Made by a program: the position numbers and the translations under genes | From: a virus | Taxonomy: Duplodnaviria > Caudoviricetes | IMG/VR virus record: IMGVR_UViG_3300042195_000136 | Coordinates: 1-59,443 of that record | DNA length: 59,443 nucleotides | Direction: 5' to 3' (one strand) | Shown: one piece after another, positions 1 through 7,967 of the stretch | Numbering within the stretch: position 1 is the stretch's first letter | Layout of the letters: each line of letters begins with the position of its first letter | Notes under the pieces: model-generated | The model's input: only the letters and a program-made list of their open reading frames with translations | What the model was told of the DNA's origin: nothing | Databases searched by the model: none

Positions 1-127
1 AGGCGCCGACGGCCACTCCCACCGACACCAACCGCCGCGCCCGCCTCCTCCACGAAATCACCTTCGACGGCGGCCGGTGGAAGTCCGGCGACGTCGCCCG
101 CTGGTACCAGACCCAAGGCCTCACCGG
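1..127 (+). repeat. Terminal direct repeat copy 1 (circular assembly overlap)
   Basis: Identical to 59317-59443; an ORF reads through the junction. Confidence 0.95.
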
Positions 128-257
128 CCTCGACGTCCGGGCGGCACGCCACGACCTCGCGACCCTCCGCGACTCCGGCGCCATCACCCAACACGACACC
201 GCCGGCGTGAGGTTCTACACCCGCGCCTCCCACACCACCCGGAAGGACCGCACGTGA
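1..257 (+). CDS. 3' part of hypothetical protein that starts at 59052 and spans the junction
   Basis: Frame continues ...RWKSGDVARWYQTQGLTGLDVRAARHDLATLRDSG...KDRT*; TGA overlaps the next GTG (GTGA). Confidence 0.75.
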   Translation, partial: APTATPTDTNRRARLLHEITFDGGRWKSGDVARWYQTQGLTGLDVRAARHDLATLRDSGAITQHDTAGVRFYTRASHTTRKDRT

Positions 258-1135
258 GCACGCCGACACGCTTCACCGATCAGCAAATCGGATTCCTGCT
301 GACGCCCATCAACAACAACCGCGTCCGCAACCTGCGCGGCATGTCCCACCTCGAAGCATGGGACGTCCGCCGCCAACTGATCCGCATCTTCGGGTTCGAA
401 GGATTCACCGTCGAGACCCTGGCCCTGGACCTGGCGTACGAGAACGGCAACCCGAACTACCGCAAGAAGAACAAGGCGGGAGAGGAGTACGGCCCCACCT
501 ACACCGCATGGACGATCGTGTACCGGGCCCAGGTCCGGCTCACGGTGAAGACCCCGAGCGGCGAGACGATCGCAATGTTCGAGGACGCCGCAGCGGGCGA
601 CGCCGTGAACCAGCCGTCCGTGGGCGACGCGCACGACCTCGCGATGAAGACGGCCCTGTCGCAGGCGCTGAAGCGGTGCGCGGTCAACCTGGGCGACCAG
701 TTCGGGCTGTCGCTTTACAACGACGGCTCACGGGATGCCGTGGTGATGCGGTCGCTGGCCTACATGGGCGAGCCCGTGAAGGAGTCGGAGGACGGTCCCG
801 TCGGCGGGGAGCCGACGCCGCAGGGTCAGGCTTCCGATCCCGAGCCGGACCCGACGCCCCCGGCCAGCACTGCCACCCCGGCGCAGCAGGCGCCACCCGC
901 GCCCATCGCCGTTCCGGACCCGGCGCAGCAGCAGCGTCCCGGAGCGATGCCGCCCGCCGGCCCGAACGAGCGGCAGACCGCCCTCGACGCGATGTGGGCC
1001 GCCGCGCGCGACGCCGCCTTCGTCGACGGTCTGCCCGCGCAGTTCGCCGAGGCGTTCAGCCATCCCATCGAGCAGGGCACCGCTGCCGAGTTCCGTCAGG
1101 CCACCGAGCTGATGCGCGGCTCCGTCGCCGCCTAA
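254..1135 (+). CDS. Rad52/Rad22-family (Sak-like) single-strand annealing recombinase
   Basis: SHLEAWDVRRQLIRIFGF and AMKTALSQALKRCAVNLGDQFGLSLY motifs; GTG start overlaps upstream stop. Confidence 0.85.
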   Translation: MSTPTRFTDQQIGFLLTPINNNRVRNLRGMSHLEAWDVRRQLIRIFGFEGFTVETLALDLAYENGNPNYRKKNKAGEEYGPTYTAWTIVYRAQVRLTVKTPSGETIAMFEDAAAGDAVNQPSVGDAHDLAMKTALSQALKRCAVNLGDQFGLSLYNDGSRDAVVMRSLAYMGEPVKESEDGPVGGEPTPQGQASDPEPDPTPPASTATPAQQAPPAPIAVPDPAQQQRPGAMPPAGPNERQTALDAMWAAARDAAFVDGLPAQFAEAFSHPIEQGTAAEFRQATELMRGSVAA

Positions 1136-1196
1136 TCGCCCGCACACGACAGGGCCGCCCCGCGGGACTCGGGGCGGCCCCCCTCAAGGAGACCAT

Positions 1197-1736
1197 ATGA
1201 GCCTGCGAGATCTGGCCCTCGAAGAGGCCACGCTCAAGGCCCTCGCCGACATGGTGAAGGACCGCCTCACCGCCGTGCGTTCCGAACTCCAAAGCGGCCT
1301 GGACGCCGCCGAGAAGGAGAGTGGCACCCGGCAGATTGCTGCCGCCCTCCCCGACGGCACCCCTGTCGCCACGCTGTCCCTGACCGACCCGAAGCCCGAA
1401 GCCCGGATCACCGACCCGGACGCCTTCAAGGCGTGGGTGATGAAGGAGTACGACGGCGAGATCGAGCGGCGGTTCGTCGCCGAAGTCCGCGGCGCGTTCG
1501 CCGACAAGCTCCTCGCCGAGATGACGGCGGCCGGAGTGCCCCGCGTCGTGGACAAGGAGACCGGCGAGCTGCATGACGTGCCGGGTGTGTCGGTGAAGGC
1601 GACCCGGGCCAGGAATCACAGCTTGCGGTTCAAGCCGACGGGCCGGGCCGACATCGCCGCGGCGTGGCAGTCGGTCGGGCTGGAGTTGCCGGGCATCACC
1701 GGCCCGGCGCAGATCACCGCCGGGGGTGCCGAGTGA
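1197..1736 (+). CDS. Hypothetical protein in recombination module
   Basis: AAGGAG RBS, high GC3, GTGA coupling to next gene. Confidence 0.7.
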   Translation: MSLRDLALEEATLKALADMVKDRLTAVRSELQSGLDAAEKESGTRQIAAALPDGTPVATLSLTDPKPEARITDPDAFKAWVMKEYDGEIERRFVAEVRGAFADKLLAEMTAAGVPRVVDKETGELHDVPGVSVKATRARNHSLRFKPTGRADIAAAWQSVGLELPGITGPAQITAGGAE

Positions 1737-2458
1737 AGTTCGCCGACTTCCGCCGCGCCTCGTGGGATACGGAGACAACTGGCATCAGCGTGCACGAGGA
1801 CCGCATCGTCACCGCGGCGATCGTCGTACGCGGCGGCAGCCTGGACGACCGCACGTTCTCGTACCTCATCAACCCGCAGGTGCCTATCCCCGTCGGCGCG
1901 AGCGCCGTGCACGGGATCACCGACGAGCGAGCACAAGCCGAGGGCACCGACCTGAAGACCACGCTCGACGAGATCGCCGGACGCCTCGCCGAGGCCCTGG
2001 CCTACGGCATGCCGGTCATCGCGTTCAACCAGTCGTTCGACTGGAGCATCCTCCACTACGACCTCGTACGGCACGGCCTGCCGACGATGGCCGACCGTCT
2101 CGACGGCGAGCCGCTCACGCTGCTGGACCCGCACGTCATCGACCGGCAGTGCGTCCAGCGGCTTCGCGGTGCCGGGCTGCGGAAGTTGAAGCCGACGTGC
2201 GAACGCTACGGCGTCGCCCTCACCGACTGGCACACCGCGGAGGCTGACGCGCTCGCCGCGCTGCTGCTGACGGACGCCCAGTTCGACTACCACCCGCAAC
2301 TCGCAGCGATGGGCCCGCAGCAGTTGTATGCGGCGCAGAAGGCGTGGCGAGCGGAGCAGCAGACCGGGTTGCAAGCCTTCCTGCGGAAGTCGGATCCGGA
2401 GGCGTACTGCGCACCGGAGTGGCCACTGATTCCGGCTCAGCGTGGGGGTGCGACGTGA
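1733..2458 (+). CDS. DEDDh 3'-5' exonuclease (DnaQ-like)
   Basis: WDTETTG (ExoI), AFNQSFD (ExoII), HTAEADA (ExoIII). Confidence 0.9.
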   Translation: MKFADFRRASWDTETTGISVHEDRIVTAAIVVRGGSLDDRTFSYLINPQVPIPVGASAVHGITDERAQAEGTDLKTTLDEIAGRLAEALAYGMPVIAFNQSFDWSILHYDLVRHGLPTMADRLDGEPLTLLDPHVIDRQCVQRLRGAGLRKLKPTCERYGVALTDWHTAEADALAALLLTDAQFDYHPQLAAMGPQQLYAAQKAWRAEQQTGLQAFLRKSDPEAYCAPEWPLIPAQRGGAT

Positions 2459-2760
2459 TCGTGTCCCGTCGCCGCCTCGAAGAACGCGTCCGCAGCCTCG
2501 CCACCCGCAACGAGGCACTCATCGCAGACCGGGACGCCTGGAAGGCGGACGCCGACGCGACCGGCCGCGCGCTCGGTCAGGTGGCCGGGGAGCTGTCCCG
2601 CGCGAAGGACGTCATCGCCTCCGTCATCACCGCAGCCGGCCACCCCGACACGGCAGTGCAGGACGTCCGCGCATTCGCGGCCGCGCTCACCGAGCAGCTC
2701 GCCGCAAACCGCGTCGACATCCGTCTGGAGCTTGACCGCCTGGAAGGAGCCGGACTGTGA
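2455..2760 (+). CDS. Hypothetical coiled-coil protein
   Basis: GTGA overlaps at both ends. Confidence 0.6.
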   Translation: MIVSRRRLEERVRSLATRNEALIADRDAWKADADATGRALGQVAGELSRAKDVIASVITAAGHPDTAVQDVRAFAAALTEQLAANRVDIRLELDRLEGAGL

Positions 2761-3047
2761 CGAGTCCTCTGCGTGTCCTGCGGCAGATCGTCGCCCCCAA
2801 CGGTAAACACCGGCCGCGGCGTCCCGTGCTGCTGCTGCCTGATGAGCCGCTCGTCGAACAGACGGTGCCGATCCCGCACGTGGTCCTCAACGAGACGGAG
2901 CTGAGCCAGCTCCTCGACGCGGATGAGATCGCCACTCACGAGGACGCCGACTGCCCGCGCTGCGAGCGGGCCACCGCCCACGCCGTCAACCGCGACACGT
3001 CCCGGCGCTGCTGGGACTGCGGCACCACCACCCTGGGGGACTCATGA
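2757..3047 (+). CDS. Hypothetical protein with C-terminal zinc ribbon
   Basis: CPRC...CWDC; 4-bp overlaps. Confidence 0.6.
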   Translation: MTSPLRVLRQIVAPNGKHRPRRPVLLLPDEPLVEQTVPIPHVVLNETELSQLLDADEIATHEDADCPRCERATAHAVNRDTSRRCWDCGTTTLGDS

Positions 3048-3853
3048 CCGTCCTGAGATCCATCAGCTACGGCGGTGGCGTCCAATCCACCGCCCTCCTC
3101 GTCCTCGCCGCACAGGAGCGCATCGACTTCCGCCTGTTCCTCATGGCCAACGTGGGCGACGACTCCGAGAACCCCAGCACTCTCCGGTACGTCGAGGAGT
3201 ACGCCCGGCCGTTCGCTGCCGAGCACGGCATAGAGCTCGCCGTCCTGGACCGGGTGAAGCGCGACGGCAGCGTCGAGACCCTCATAGGCCGACTCACCCG
3301 GCCCGGCTCCCGCTCGCTGCCGATCCCGGTCCGCATGTCCAACGGGGCGCCCGGCCAGCGGTCGTGCACCGCCGACTTCAAGATCAAGGTGATCGGGAAG
3401 GAACTGAAGCGGCGCGGCGCAACTGCCACGGCCCCGGCCGTGATCGGCATCGGCATCAGCGTCGACGAGATCCACCGGGCAAACAACCGGCGCACCGAGC
3501 CGCACGAGGTCATCACCTACCCGCTGCTCGACCTCGGCCTGAGGCGCACCGACTGCGCGCGCATCATCCGCGAGGCAGGCCTGCCGGTGCCGCCCAAGAG
3601 CTCATGTTTCTTCTGCCCGTTCCACCGCCCGGAGACGTGGCACGACCAGCGGCGCGACGAGCCGGAGCTGTTCGAGAAGTCGTGCCAGCTCGAAGAACTC
3701 CTCAACGAGCGCCGCGACGAGCGGGGCAAGGACCACGTCTATCTGACCCGGTTCAACAAGCCGTTGCGGCAGGCCATCCCGGACGGCGTCGACCTGCTGC
3801 CGATGTTCGACGAAGCCGATGGTGCCTGTGACTCCGGGTGGTGCATGACATGA
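3044..3853 (+). CDS. PAPS-reductase-like (PP-loop/adenine nucleotide alpha hydrolase) protein
   Basis: SYGGGVQS PP-loop variant, GISVDE, YPLLD, KSSCFFCPF Cys cluster. Confidence 0.8.
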   Translation: MTVLRSISYGGGVQSTALLVLAAQERIDFRLFLMANVGDDSENPSTLRYVEEYARPFAAEHGIELAVLDRVKRDGSVETLIGRLTRPGSRSLPIPVRMSNGAPGQRSCTADFKIKVIGKELKRRGATATAPAVIGIGISVDEIHRANNRRTEPHEVITYPLLDLGLRRTDCARIIREAGLPVPPKSSCFFCPFHRPETWHDQRRDEPELFEKSCQLEELLNERRDERGKDHVYLTRFNKPLRQAIPDGVDLLPMFDEADGACDSGWCMT

Positions 3854-4437
3854 CCACCCCGACCCTGTTCACCCCGCGGGTTCCGGTCGCCACCACGGCG
3901 GCCGGGCCCCGGCCCCTGGTGATCGTGGCACTCGATGTCAGCCTCACCTGCACCGGCATCGCCGGAGTCGGCTGGACCGACCGCATCCGCACCAAACTCC
4001 GCGGCGACGAACGCCTCGCCTACCTCGAAACGGAGATCGCCTCCTTCATCCGGTCCGCCGATCTCGTCGCCATGGAAGGCCCCTCCTACGGGCACAGCGG
4101 CCCCCGCTTCCACGAAGACCTCGCCGGGCTCCGCGTCCTCGTCCGCCGCTACTGCCACCACCACCAGATCCCGTACGCCCTCGTCCCGCCGTCGAACCTG
4201 AAGCTCTACACGACGGGCCGTGGCAACGCCGGGAAGGGCGAGGTGCGTTCGGCGGTCGCCGACCGGTACGGCATCCACACGGAGGGCGTGGGCCGGTATG
4301 ACATGGCGGACGCCTACGGGGCGCTCGCTGCTGCGTCCGAGTGGCTGGGCCAGTCGCTGGCTGATGTGCCGGAGCGGAACCGGAAGGCGCTGGCTGGTTG
4401 CGCGTGGCCGGAGCGCGAGCAGGTGATCGCGCGGTGA
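3850..4437 (+). CDS. RuvC-like Holliday junction resolvase
   Basis: ALDVSLTCTG, VAMEG, GNAGK, ADAY acidic motifs. Confidence 0.8.
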   Translation: MTTPTLFTPRVPVATTAAGPRPLVIVALDVSLTCTGIAGVGWTDRIRTKLRGDERLAYLETEIASFIRSADLVAMEGPSYGHSGPRFHEDLAGLRVLVRRYCHHHQIPYALVPPSNLKLYTTGRGNAGKGEVRSAVADRYGIHTEGVGRYDMADAYGALAAASEWLGQSLADVPERNRKALAGCAWPEREQVIAR

Positions 4438-4682
4438 GTACCAGTCAGGCCCTCACCGTCACCGTGGCCGCCACCCTCGGCGCCCTCGCATGCGCTTGGC
4501 AGGCCATCCGCGCCTGGCGCGCCGACGACCGGTATGACGTCGGCCCGGATGCGCTGCGCCTCTTCGAAGACCTCGACGCGCACCTCGACGAACACGTCGC
4601 CGCGAACCCGGAGCTGGCGGCCGGCTTCGACCGGCTCCGCACCGCCATCCACGAACACCGAGAGGAGGACGGCACCCGATGA
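4434..4682 (+). CDS. Small hypothetical protein, N-terminal TM segment
   Basis: Coupled overlaps; hydrophobic N-terminus. Confidence 0.55.
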   Translation: MSTSQALTVTVAATLGALACAWQAIRAWRADDRYDVGPDALRLFEDLDAHLDEHVAANPELAAGFDRLRTAIHEHREEDGTR

Positions 4683-5932
4683 TCCTCGACGGCTTCGCCG
4701 GCCCCGGCGGCTGGTCCGAAGGCCTCCGCCTCCTCGGCCTCCGTGACATCGGCCTGGAGATGGACACCGCGGCCTGCCAGACCCGGGCCGCAGTCGGACA
4801 CCTGACGATCCAGTGCGACATCGCCCAGTACCCGACCACACCCTTCAAGGGCCGCAGCAAGAAGCAGATCTGGTCCCCGCCCTGCCAGGCCTGGTCACGG
4901 GCCGGCAAGGGCCTCGGCCTGGTCGACCAGCCGCTCGTACACCAGGCCGTCCATGACCTCGCCCACGGCCGCGACACCCGCACCGGGCTAGTCGCCGCGT
5001 GCAAGGACCCGCGGTCGCTGCTCGCCGCCGAGCCGATGCGCTGGCTGTATGACCTGCGCCCCGAGTGGGTGTGCATGGAAGAAGTCCCCGACGTCCTCCC
5101 GCTGTGGAAGCAGTACGCGCTGCACCTCCAGCAGTGGGGGTACAGCACTTGGGCCGGGATCCTCAACGCCGCCGACTACGGAGTCCCGCAGACCCGGCGC
5201 CGGGCAATCCTCATCGCCTCCCGGATGCGGCCCGTGACCGCGCCCGAACCCACGCACGCCGAACACGGCGAGGAAGCCGGCCTGTTCGGTCCCGGCCGGG
5301 CCCGTTGGGTGTCCATGGCCGAAGCCCTCGGCTGGGATGGCGGGCTGTTCGTGAACACACGTGGCGAGCGGAAGACGCCCGGGGGCAACGAGTTCCCGGC
5401 GGACGGCCCGGCCTGGTGCCTGACGGAAAAGACCCGATCGTGGGCACTGCGCAATGGCACGCAGAAGAACGCCGCCGTCCGTGAGCTGGACGAGCCGGCC
5501 GGGACGCTGTTCTTCGGGGCCCGCTGCAACGACGTCTCGTGGGTTCTGAGGAACGGCAATCAGCCGAATGCGGCGATACGCGAAGCAGGCCAGCCCGCGC
5601 CGACCATGGCGTTCGGCAACAACTCGGCCCGGATCGAGTGGGTTCAGCGGCGGCCGGCGACCACCGTGTGTGCCACCGACCGGATCGCGCCGCCCGGCCA
5701 CCGCGACCGGTCGCCGAGGGGCGAGTCGCAGTTCGCCAGCCCGGAAACGGTCCGCATCACGCAGGCGGAGGCCGCTGTCCTCCAGTCGTTCCCCGCCGAC
5801 TATCCGTGGCAGGGCAGCAAGACGAAGCAGTTCGAGCAGATCGGCAACGCGGTGCCGCCGCTGCTCGCCGCGCACATCGTGTCCGTTCCGACCGGCATCC
5901 CCGTGGGCGAGCTGCTGGGGGTGGCGTCGTGA
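4679..5932 (+). CDS. DNA (cytosine-5) methyltransferase
   Basis: FAGPGG (I), SPPCQ (IV), EEV (VI variant), PQTRRR (VIII), QIGNAVPP (X). Confidence 0.92.
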   Translation: MILDGFAGPGGWSEGLRLLGLRDIGLEMDTAACQTRAAVGHLTIQCDIAQYPTTPFKGRSKKQIWSPPCQAWSRAGKGLGLVDQPLVHQAVHDLAHGRDTRTGLVAACKDPRSLLAAEPMRWLYDLRPEWVCMEEVPDVLPLWKQYALHLQQWGYSTWAGILNAADYGVPQTRRRAILIASRMRPVTAPEPTHAEHGEEAGLFGPGRARWVSMAEALGWDGGLFVNTRGERKTPGGNEFPADGPAWCLTEKTRSWALRNGTQKNAAVRELDEPAGTLFFGARCNDVSWVLRNGNQPNAAIREAGQPAPTMAFGNNSARIEWVQRRPATTVCATDRIAPPGHRDRSPRGESQFASPETVRITQAEAAVLQSFPADYPWQGSKTKQFEQIGNAVPPLLAAHIVSVPTGIPVGELLGVAS

Positions 5933-6372
5933 GCCACTACTCCGGCGCCGTCCCCGACACCGAACCCGCAGGCCAGTGGGTGAAACAAGGCGCCTGCCGC
6001 GAAGATCCGGAAGCCATGTTCCCAGGCACCAACGATGCCGACATCGAGGCCGCCAAAGCGATCTGCCGGTCGTGCCCCGTCATCCAACAATGCGGCCAGT
6101 GGGCGCTCGCCACCCGCGAATCGACCGGCGTCCTCGGCGGCATGTCCGAGGCGCAACGCCGCAACCTGCTCCGCCAACGCGGACGAGGCAAGGGCCGCGG
6201 ACCGAAGAAGGCGGTGCCCTCGCAGCCTCGCAAGCCCGCCGAGTGCGGCACCCGCGGCGGCTACCAACGCCACCGCAAGAACGGCCAAGAGGCGTGCGAC
6301 GCCTGCAAGCAGGCGAACACGGACGCGGACAACCGGCTACGCCGCACCGGCACCACCAAGGCCCTGGTGTGA
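5929..6372 (+). CDS. WhiB-family Fe-S transcription factor with extra C-terminal Cys/His module
   Basis: C...CRSCPVIQQC...GVLGG (GVWGG variant); CGTRGGYQRH...CDAC tail. Confidence 0.88.
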   Translation: MSHYSGAVPDTEPAGQWVKQGACREDPEAMFPGTNDADIEAAKAICRSCPVIQQCGQWALATRESTGVLGGMSEAQRRNLLRQRGRGKGRGPKKAVPSQPRKPAECGTRGGYQRHRKNGQEACDACKQANTDADNRLRRTGTTKALV

Positions 6373-6612
6373 GCGGCCGCCAGCGCCGCCGCGCCCCGCC
6401 CGAGCCTGTGTATGTGCCCGGGACGCTCCTCAACTGGAACGGACTCCCGCCACTGGAACTACGACGGCCCGCAACCGTGCCGGTACGAGTGCGGCGGCGT
6501 CACCCAACTCCGCGACTCCCACGGCAAAGCAGCCCACAAAACCTGTGCCGAAGCCGCCCTCGCCCAACAGCACGCAGAAGCAGCCGACGCCTACCAGAAC
6601 GGAACCACCTGA
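6369..6612 (+). pseudogene. Small Cys/His protein apparently frameshifted near 6438
   Basis: GTGA-coupled start (MSGRQ...LLNW) joins the +1 frame TDSRHWNYDGPQPCRYECGG...HKTCAE, which ends in a TGATG overlap with the next gene. Confidence 0.55.
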
Positions 6613-6746
6613 TGGCCGCCACCTTTACCGCCCGCTACGAGTCCGAATGCGCCGAGTGCGGCGACCCGATCGAGCCGGGCGACGAGGCCGGATACCTCGA
6701 CGACGAAGTCTGCTGCGAAGAGTGCGTCGAGACCGCCCAGCACTGA
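6612..6746 (+). CDS. Small zinc-finger protein
   Basis: CAECG...CCEEC; TGATG coupling. Confidence 0.6.
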   Translation: MAATFTARYESECAECGDPIEPGDEAGYLDDEVCCEECVETAQH

Positions 6747-6815
6747 CCCACCGCCCGACAACAGCGCCCCGCCGACCCGAATCCGGCGGGGCACCCACCA
6801 CAAGGAGAACACCAA

Positions 6816-7502
6816 ATGATCAACCTCGCCAAGGTCGAACAGCAGGCCCCCGGCCTCGTCAACCTCGCCAAAACCGCCGCCGTGTCCCTGGAAAAGCAAG
6901 GCCTCGCCGGGCAGCGCGCAGCCGTCCAACTCGTCCTCGACCACTCCGGCAGCATGCACCCCTACTACAACAACGGCGCCGTCCAGCGCCTCGCCGAACA
7001 AGCCCTCGGCCTGTCCGTGAACCTGGACGACGACGGCGCCGTGCCCGTCATCTTCTTCGGCTCCCACGTCGAGCAGTACGACGACGCCCGCCTCGACAAC
7101 TACGCGGGGATCATCGACCGCACCCACCCCAAGGTCCACTGGGGCTCGACGGACTACGTCGCCGGAATGCAGGCCGCGATCACCGAGTACCAGCAGTCCG
7201 GTGCCACCGATCCGGGCCTCGTCATCTTCCAGACGGACGGCGAGCCCGATGACCGTAAGGCCGTCGAGCGGCTGTTGCGGGAGGTGTCGACGCTGCCGAT
7301 CTTTTGGGCGTTCGTCGGGTTCGGCGGGCGCGTCGACTTCTTGGAGAAGCTCGACGGCCTGCGCCGCCGGGCCGTCGACAACGCGTCGTTCTTTCATGCC
7401 GCGAACCCGCACGCCGTCACCGACGCCCAGTTGTACGACGGCATCACCGCCGAGTTCGCCGGATGGCTGACTGCCGCGCGCACGGCCGGGATCCTCCGCT
7501 GA
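6816..7502 (+). CDS. vWA domain protein (TerF-associated vWA type)
   Basis: MIDAS DHSGSM, GSTDY, FQTDGEP, PIFWAFVGFG, VDNASFF. Confidence 0.85.
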   Translation: MINLAKVEQQAPGLVNLAKTAAVSLEKQGLAGQRAAVQLVLDHSGSMHPYYNNGAVQRLAEQALGLSVNLDDDGAVPVIFFGSHVEQYDDARLDNYAGIIDRTHPKVHWGSTDYVAGMQAAITEYQQSGATDPGLVIFQTDGEPDDRKAVERLLREVSTLPIFWAFVGFGGRVDFLEKLDGLRRRAVDNASFFHAANPHAVTDAQLYDGITAEFAGWLTAARTAGILR

Positions 7503-7547
7503 CCCTCTGACCGGCGGCCGGCCCGCACCCCCACGCGCCGACCGCCA

Positions 7548-7632
7548 CCGGGAGCCCGCCACCTCCCCGGCGGGCTCCCGGACCCCCAGCCACAGCAGCA
7601 GCACGAAGCCCCGCACCAGCACGGTGCGGGGC
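7548..7632. terminator. Two GC-rich hairpins between convergent genes
   Basis: CCGGGAGCCCGCC-N8-GGCGGGCTCCCGG (7548-7581) and GCCCCGCACC-N5-GGTGCGGGGC (7608-7632). Confidence 0.7.
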
Positions 7633-7657
7633 GAACGGAGAGGAGGACGAGGTGCGA

Positions 7658-7864
7658 TCAGGTATCGCTGAGTGCCACCCGCGCCCGCTCGTACCACTCG
7701 GGCGTGACGACGTACGCCCGGCGCTCGCCGCGCTCGGTGAACGCCGCGACTTGCGCGTCTTCCCTGACTCGCCGGATGAGGCGCGTGAGGTTCGCGCGGG
7801 CGTCGGTCATCGAGACCTCGGCGACGCCGTCCTCTGCGGTCTGGATGCCCTGCTCAACAGCCAT
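7658..7864 (-). CDS. Phd/YefM-family antitoxin-like DNA-binding protein (orphan)
   Basis: EVSMTDARANLTRLIRRV...FTERGERRAYVV; TACACT -10 six nt upstream suggests a leaderless start at 7864. Confidence 0.75.
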   Translation of the reverse strand: MAVEQGIQTAEDGVAEVSMTDARANLTRLIRRVREDAQVAAFTERGERRAYVVTPEWYERARVALSDT

Positions 7865-7870
7865 GGCAAG

Positions 7871-7921
7871 AGTGTAAGTCATAGCCAATCTCTCCATTCT
7901 TTCCAATCTTTAAAGTAGTAT
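7871..7921. promoter_or_regulatory. Divergent promoter region with three 9-bp direct repeats
   Basis: CCAATCTCT CCATTCTTT CCAATCTTT (7885-7911); TAGTAT (7916-7921, +) and TACACT (7876-7871, -). Confidence 0.55.
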
Positions 7922-7967
7922 GGCAGTACGCCGGACAGACCACCAGACCGAGCAGAAAGGCCGCTCC

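Noticed and set aside
1-127. 127-bp terminal repeat as a biological phage terminal repeat
   Set aside because: It falls mid-ORF, far from the terminase genes, and its length matches a common assembler k-mer overlap; it only shows circularity
3044-3853. Full Dnd/Ssp phosphorothioation system
   Set aside because: No cysteine desulfurase, DndD/E or SspB/C partners seen
7658-7906. Complete type II toxin-antitoxin pair
   Set aside because: No Doc/RelE/VapC-like ORF adjacent; only hairpins downstream
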